A stretch of 64,000 nucleotides of DNA, taken from positions 63,116,001 to 63,180,000 of the forward strand of contig OX597814.1 in the NCBI GenBank assembly GCA_951406725.2, read 5' to 3'. Position 1 is the stretch's first letter, and each line of letters starts with the position of its first letter. The stretch is from Octopus vulgaris. Its lineage: Eukaryota. The position numbers were made by a program, and so were the translations under genes. Shown here piece by piece: positions 56,839 through 64,000 of this stretch. The notes under the pieces are model-generated. The model did not search any database and was not told the origin of the DNA. It saw only the letters and a list, made by a program, of their open reading frames with translations.

Positions 56839-58400
56839 GAGAGAAGTAGAGAGAAACGATTAGGAATATAGAAGGAAAGAATGTGTGACAAAAGGGAAAG
56901 AAATAAGGAAGACAAAGAGAGAAACAAAATAATAAAGATTTCTTTCTACAACGACACGCATGAGTTGTCTGAGAATTTAACTGTGCTGAGAGTAAAAATA
57001 GAATTGTTCACATGTGTAAATATAGGTCTGACAGTAGGGAGGATGTTGAACATGGGATTTTCAAGAAAGTTGAAACTGCATTCACCGACATGTATGTGGT
57101 TGAGATGTGAAGGTGTGGCTTATATCCATCAGATATATACAGTTAAGTCTGTATCTAGAAGAAGAAAATACTTTAGAAGCTACTCACTTTTTTACCAAAC
57201 CAGATTCATTTTACAAAAGTATTTAAAATAACCAGATATTAAATCAAGCAGCGTTTGAGCCTAGTCAAATTTTGAGTCCAAGAAGCGTTTGACTACAGAA
57301 AATAAAGAACACTAACTTAATTTTTAAACAATCCAATTATTCTAATGAGGCACATTAATTAAGATAAATTAATGTGTTTCTTTTGAATATTTTGATAGTT
57401 TAAGACAAAGATTTCACATATTGGAATAAATTTTCATTTGAGGTGACTAAGGTAAAAATAGCACTCCTCTGGGTTTTATGTCAAAATTGAAATAATACGA
57501 TTTGTTGCAATTCTTCTCAGTCATACCAGCGTTGTCACATTAACATAGATAACATTAGCTAGGTTTCAAACCATGCTATGCATTGATAGCTATTTATAAG
57601 CGTTTTTTTTTTTTACATGATTTATTTAGCAGATGTAGAACAGTGCCCTTATCACTTGTAACTTGTCCCAGGCGAGTGAAAATACTGATGCGTTTAATGT
57701 TGAATTTGAAGATTTGTAATTTGAGATATTCAGGTAAAGAGTAGAAGTGGGGTACATTCATAGGAATGTAACTGTGAAAGAGAAATGTTTGTGAAGTGCC
57801 TAATATGTAGTTTGGAAGAGAGTAGGAGTGACGACAGGAAAGAAATTTAGGTCTGGTTGAAAGGTGGTAACAGCCTACTAAATCAGAGAAGCACATACCG
57901 TTAGAGTTGAGAGAAGCAAACTTGCCTTTGAGGGTCAGTGATTGAGTGTGTTGATCATTGAATCTTTACCAGTATGCCGAATGGTCTTTTTCATACTATT
58001 CAATCTGGGATGTTTGTGTGTGTAATAAGATATTTTTATATTGCGAACTTTATAGCCATTGATACGTTGGAAATGAAGGTATGGCTACATAATTCGTCTT
58101 TGTCAGACGTAGTTTACACTTTCTAGTGTTTTACCTTACATTGAGATAAATTCCTGTGGAGTAAAATATTGCAAACTTTGGCAAGGAAATGTTACTTTCT
58201 GGAACGTTTTATTTGAGGGTAGTGGAGAAGACACGGTTGGAACTAGTTTCCTTGTTGAGAGTTGAATAAATTCCACTTGTGGCGAGTGTGAATACGTGGT
58301 ATGATAGGGAATTATTCAGCGTGGAGACAGATGAGTCGAGATAGGTTTATATCCAACCAAGGACGAAAGGTGAAACTGTTTTACTAAATATAGTGATATT
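56020..58400 (-). mobile_element. Highly decayed LINE (I-clade-like) pieces at ~56020-56610 and ~57620-58400
   Basis: Weak remnants SLSILGIRTNQKVY...INIFVQKV (post-RT LG..F..KL region) and VLHLLNKS; heavily mutated. Confidence 0.35.
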
Positions 58401-59568
58401 TAGTATATTATCTGTATATCAGTAATAAAACACCAAGAAACATTCGAGGGAAAAAGATAAAGGCAACGGATTGACTTAGAAGATAAATTTCCTTGATAAT
58501 ATCCAATTGAAAGAAATGTGCAATAAGGTCAAAAGATTTGCCAAATCGAGTACTGTACAGAAAGAAAATATGACAATATGCGTTGGTAAGCCAGTTTTAT
58601 GTTGAATCTTACCTTACTAATGTTTTTAGAAATACATTGAAATTGCAGATTCTATATCTTACTCATAAATTGAAGGCTGATATCTTTAATGCTTCAATAC
58701 ACATAATGGAATGCTTAACTCGGTGTTTCTACATTAGAATATAATGAGAAGAGCCAACTTTTATTGTAATTGGGACTACAGTTGGAATGTTTTGCATTGC
58801 CATTCTCACTGATTATGCAAGTACCTACTGAAATAATAAACACTAAAAGGTGACAAAAATATGATGGCTATCGAACTGATTACAGAAATTTTATGTTATT
58901 GTTGCTTTTATAAGGGGCATTTCCTGTGGAAAGATATTGGATTTCACCAGAATTTTTTTGAAGTCCTTGTTGGGTGTCTACAGTTCTCATTGTATACACT
59001 CAGTTGATATAAACTGTAATTTATATTAAAGTCCACAAAGTCATTAGCCTTCAGCTGTAATATGCTTATTCTTTAACTTTATTTCGAAATAAGAGTATTC
59101 GTTATTATATTTCAAAAGCGAATATCGGGGACTAAGAGTTCAGCTTATGATGAGCGAAATTAATGTCTAAGTTTCGTCACTTTAAGTAACTTATCTTCCC
59201 TTATGCCATTAATAGCCTTAGGAGAGACATACATCTTTCAAAGTTATCACTTTAAATCGGATTTGAAAAATTCTTTATTCAATTTTAATTTTATCCCATT
59301 AAAGAAATTAGTTCATTAATACAATTCTAGCGAAAAGAGACTTCTTGGTGTTGTATTACTGTTATACAGATGTAGAGTTTAATAGAAACGCAAGCTAAGG
59401 CTTATTATATGGTTCTTTAACTAACCTCAATACTGGTAGCTGAATATCTCGATTAACTTGTCAATCAATAATAAGCATTTCAATGGGAGTTGTGTTTTCA
59501 TCGTATTTTTCTTTGCTTAGGTTACGTTTTCTATGAGAAGAATAATATAAAATACTAAGATTACAATA

Positions 59569-61102
59569 CAGTGAACAGCAAAAGAAACGGGCGACGTGTG
59601 TGACTGCGAAATATGTTTTAATATCATTATGTCAAAGATAAATTTTGATAAATCTGATAAAGTCAATTTCTTAGATGCATTTTGACCACAGTGTATGGGA
59701 CGTTGTCATGTGTTCTAGCAGTGGGGGATCCGCTACATCGAGATTATAGGGCGTGGCATGTTCAATACTGTGTATGCCCTCCCTGGGTGTTCAAAACGAC
59801 CATACACATTCGGTACATGGATTGCATGAAGCAGTTCACAAAAACAATTTGCACTTGTGCCCACGCTCTGAGGAAAGCTGCCTCCAGTTCCACTCGAGTT
59901 GTTGGGTTTGGGAGCACCTGGTTCAAATGTCTCTGGATTTCATCCCGCAGGTGTTCAATTGGGTTCAAATCCGGGCTGAGAGCCGAGCACAGCATGGCTC
60001 TGATTTTGTGCTGTCGCAAGAAGTCCATGGTGACCTTGGCTTTGTGGGAGACAGCATTGTCCTGCTGGAACACGTGGCTATTGTGACGCGCGAAGTAGAG
60101 CACGATGTGAGGTGTTAGGATCTGGTTAACGTAGCGCTGCACTATAATGCCATTCCCTCTGCCTGTACCAGAAATTTGGAACACATGAGTCCCAATTATC
60201 TAATTCAGGTCTATAGCACCCAAAACCATGATGCTTTGGCCACCCCACGCGTCTCTCTCCATGATACAAGCGTCTCTGTACCGTTCAACCCTCCTAGGCC
60301 ACACTCTCAATCTGTCATCCGAGGTGGAAATGCAGTACTGGCTTTCATCAGAGAAGACTATCGACCTCCATTGTTGATGCCCCCAATGCCGGTGCTGTGT
60401 AGCCCACTGTAGTTGTGTTTCAAGGTGGTGGGCGGTGAGGACAGGCCCTCAGCAGGATGACGGCAATGCAGGTTATTGGCGGCCAGTCGACGTCGTACCA
60501 TGTCGTCGCTGACGAGTCGCTGCCCAGTGCCAATGGTCTCGCGAGCTGTCAAGCTGGCCGATCTGAAGCAATCACGAAGGTTGCAGGTGGATGAAATGGT
60601 CCTGCCTGGGCGTGGTAACCCGAGGGTGCCGTCTGTGGGCACGGTCTGCAGTGCTGTCGGTGTTGCATCCCTGTTGCAGGCGATAGATAGTGCTGACATG
60701 GACATTGTTAGCTTTCGCAACAACCAGGGCACGCTGCCCTGCTTGCAATCGGCCGATTGTTTGTTCTCTCTGCGCTGCTGACAATCGGGTCATACCTGAT
60801 GCGTCTAAATTACAAATGCCAGGAACACAGTTCAAGTAGCATTTTATACCCACAACCTCCACGAGATGCACGTGAATTTCGGTTTTTATGACAATTGTTT
60901 GTACCTGCCACCCACAGCATTCAACGCAGCTGCGTTTTGGGGTCTCGTTTCAGGGAAAGTTGAAAAGTTACCTGCAATTTGGGTTTCAGCCATAAACTAG
61001 TATGTCTTGGACTATTTATACTTACGTCCCCGAAATAAATTTTGAGAATTTACCTTATAAAAAATGACATTTGAAAAACTCGAGTCTTTTTGCGGTTGAC
61101 TG
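59569..61102 (-). mobile_element. Full-span decayed Tc1 element (DD34E-type)
   Basis: TA|CAGTGAACAGCAAAAGAAACG and CGAGTCTTTTTGCGGTTGACTG|TA form diverged TIRs with a TA TSD. Confidence 0.9.
59762..60793 (-). pseudogene. Tc1 transposase, frameshifted
   Basis: MTRLSAAQREQTIGRLQAG...NVHVSTIYRL...PRVTTPRQDHFI; VFQQDNAVSH...SALSPDLNPIEHLRDEI...GGHTQY. Confidence 0.9.
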
Positions 61103-62254
61103 TAGTTTAAAAAATAAGAATGCCTCACCAGTACTTCCAGCAGAATAAAATATATTTTATGAATTCGTATTTGCTTCAATGTCATGCATTAGAGTTGCAA
61201 AGAATACCGAATTAGGAACCACCATTTCTAGTGCAACATGATTTAATTGTGCATGCTGTGTAAAATGTCATGTGTGATGGAGTGGATAGAGTAAATTGGA
61301 GGCCAATCTAAATGCTGTTTTTAATCTTAATCAGTGATCTCAGTTTATTTAGTTCAAGTATCACAACAGAGAATTAGCATAAGACAATTAGTAATTCGAT
61401 AAAACAATACAATCAATATATTGGAAATATAACTACTTAATATATTATATAGATTTTATAAAACAAAAGCATTTTTATTAACCAAAGTGAACCATTATTG
61501 ATAGTTTGTAAATTGATCTGAAAAATATTAATAAATTACTGTTTAAACGCTATAAAAATGAAGTTGTAAATTATTTTAAAATGAAAGTAGCCGTATCTTC
61601 ATTATTCATGTACAATAAGAAGCCATGAGTAATTTATTAGATTTTTATTTCCATAAGAAATAATTTTTCAAAATTTGTGTTTTCTTACTCGTTCTGATTG
61701 AACTTTTCCTTTAACTTATAAGGAAATGGATTCACGTTAATTTTAATTTTCGAATACTAATATTACTTCAAAAGGAAGAAGGGATGGGCTCAGTAATAGT
61801 TTCACCTTTATCTTGTATAAAATTCAATAGAAAGTATTCAAAGTATCAGCTTAATTATAGTATTTCAGTACCTCGTTCAATAGAAAGAGCAACGGAACGC
61901 TAAATGGTGCTTTACCGGAAGCTGGTTTCCTTACCCACTCATAAAACCGCTAAAAGAAAACTCTAAAACTTAATGTTACTTTCTTCTTTCTCTTACAGCA
62001 TAAAATAAACTTTGAAGATGTTTGAAATTTCATGGCGGTTAAATGTATATTAATCAGCAATCAATTTAGTAAAATAATATTTGAAAAAAATGTGATGCGT
62101 ATTTAAAAAGTCTATTTCTAACCAAAAAGATTGATTAGTTGAATCAGTTCGCATATCTTGAAATATGTTTGTATTCAATAAAGTCTGATAATCTAACTGA
62201 CGATATTGCAAAGATTATGCAATAAATAACTCGAAAAACCTTTTAGCTTTGTTG

Positions 62255-62256
<2 letters not shown>

Positions 62257-62320
<64 letters not shown>
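62257..62320. repeat. (TAA)n array, 5' target of the Dong-like insertion
   Basis: Seen directly. Confidence 0.95.
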
Positions 62321-63083
<763 letters not shown>

Positions 63084-63400
63084 GCCTAGCAGAGTATTTA
63101 TAGAGCAGCACAGAAAAACTACTAAAGACAATGAATAAAGAACGGGTGATGAAGCGCGTAATAGGGAAAAAAGCACAAGAATGAAATACAAAGAGAACAC
63201 GTCAGACAGATCGGAGAGAAATCCCTGCATGGCCAATTTTGGAGAGCCATTGAAGACGTATGTAGGGCAAAATCCTGGGCTTGGTTAAAAAAAGGGGCAA
63301 TTAAAAATAGAAACAGCCTAAATGTAGCAGCGCAAGATCAAGCGATAAAAACAAACAACTTGAGAAAGAATATAAAAGAAGAGAAAAATTTAGAGCCTGT
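63084..63400 (+). mobile_element. Second, older Dong/R4-clade fragment (post-RT region)
   Basis: KSLHGQFWRAIE...KSWAWLKKGQLKIET / VAAQDQAIKTNN match the R4-clade LHGQF...SW.WL..G.LK.ETE...AAQDQA motifs. Confidence 0.8.
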
Positions 63401-63409
63401 GCAACTTGG

Positions 63410-64000
63410 AAGGAGACAGTGGCACACATTGACCGCGTACCTCGGACAAGCCCGACTGATAGTACATTCGTGTCTGTAGAGTTTATCTCGAACCGATAGC
63501 GCCTTCCGGTAGCACTGCCAGGCCAAGAACATCTGGAAATCAACCATGATAGTTCCCGACCGAAAAATCCTCCGGAACAGACTAACCCGTTCTTTCTCGT
63601 CGGCGCCCGGGATGTCTCCGAGAACGTCGTCGCACTTACCTGCCATTAATTCACTATAAATTTCTAAAACGGTACATCCACCGATCCCATTACCCGACTG
63701 GTAGAGAGCTGTGAGCGCCTGACGACATTATAGGTGCCAGGCTCCCAGTTTCGTTCATTTCTACACCCAGGACTGCAGCTCCGTCAAGGAGACGAGCTGC
63801 GGAAAGAGGAGCCTCACAAACGGAGCACACACACGCTCACAGTCCAGAAATCGCTGCAGGTGACATCACCTAATAGCATGTCTGAATTTGAATAATAGAC
63901 ACTTCAGGCTGGTCAAGCAGTAACCGAGACAAGGCATGGCGGTCAGGCAATAAATGATAACGGATGCGATGTAAGCATTCCCCACCTCTGTCCGAACTTT
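63410..64000 (-). mobile_element. L1/Tx1-clade LINE C-terminal (zf-RVT-like) fragment
   Basis: FLAWQCYRKALSVRDKLYRHECTISRACPR; GC-rich like 53597-54068. Confidence 0.7.

Noticed and set aside
61981-62010. Strong acceptor TTCTTTCTCTTACAG as the next exon of the signal-peptide gene
   Set aside because: The phase-1 join gives GCA TAA, an immediate stop.

Overview
AT-rich, microsatellite-saturated eukaryotic DNA. Its repeat repertoire resembles an Octopus (coleoid cephalopod) genome; this is inferred from recalled repeat families, not from a search. Almost every ORF in the supplied track is a translation of simple repeats or a decayed transposon. Recognisable content: DNA-transposon relics (Chapaev3-like, maT/DD37D-like, mariner, two Tc1), a Helitron with both termini (15998-18841), three Penelope-like GIY-YIG relics, CR1-, Tx1-, I- and Dong/R4-type LINE fragments, and several tRNA-SINE families. 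The only host-gene candidate is a short + strand exon encoding a signal peptide (45338-45401, phase-1 donor), with possible 5' non-coding exons or promoters upstream. Most notable: (i) short non-coding cassettes lodged in microsatellites, several with minimal Penelope-type hammerhead-ribozyme folds and non-canonical cores; (ii) an unusual density of inverted repeats, including a ~620-bp near-perfect palindrome around (TA)n and four inverted pairs in the putative first intron; (iii) a 3' tail shared by a LINE and a SINE. No database searches or folding programs were run, so family names rest on recalled motifs.
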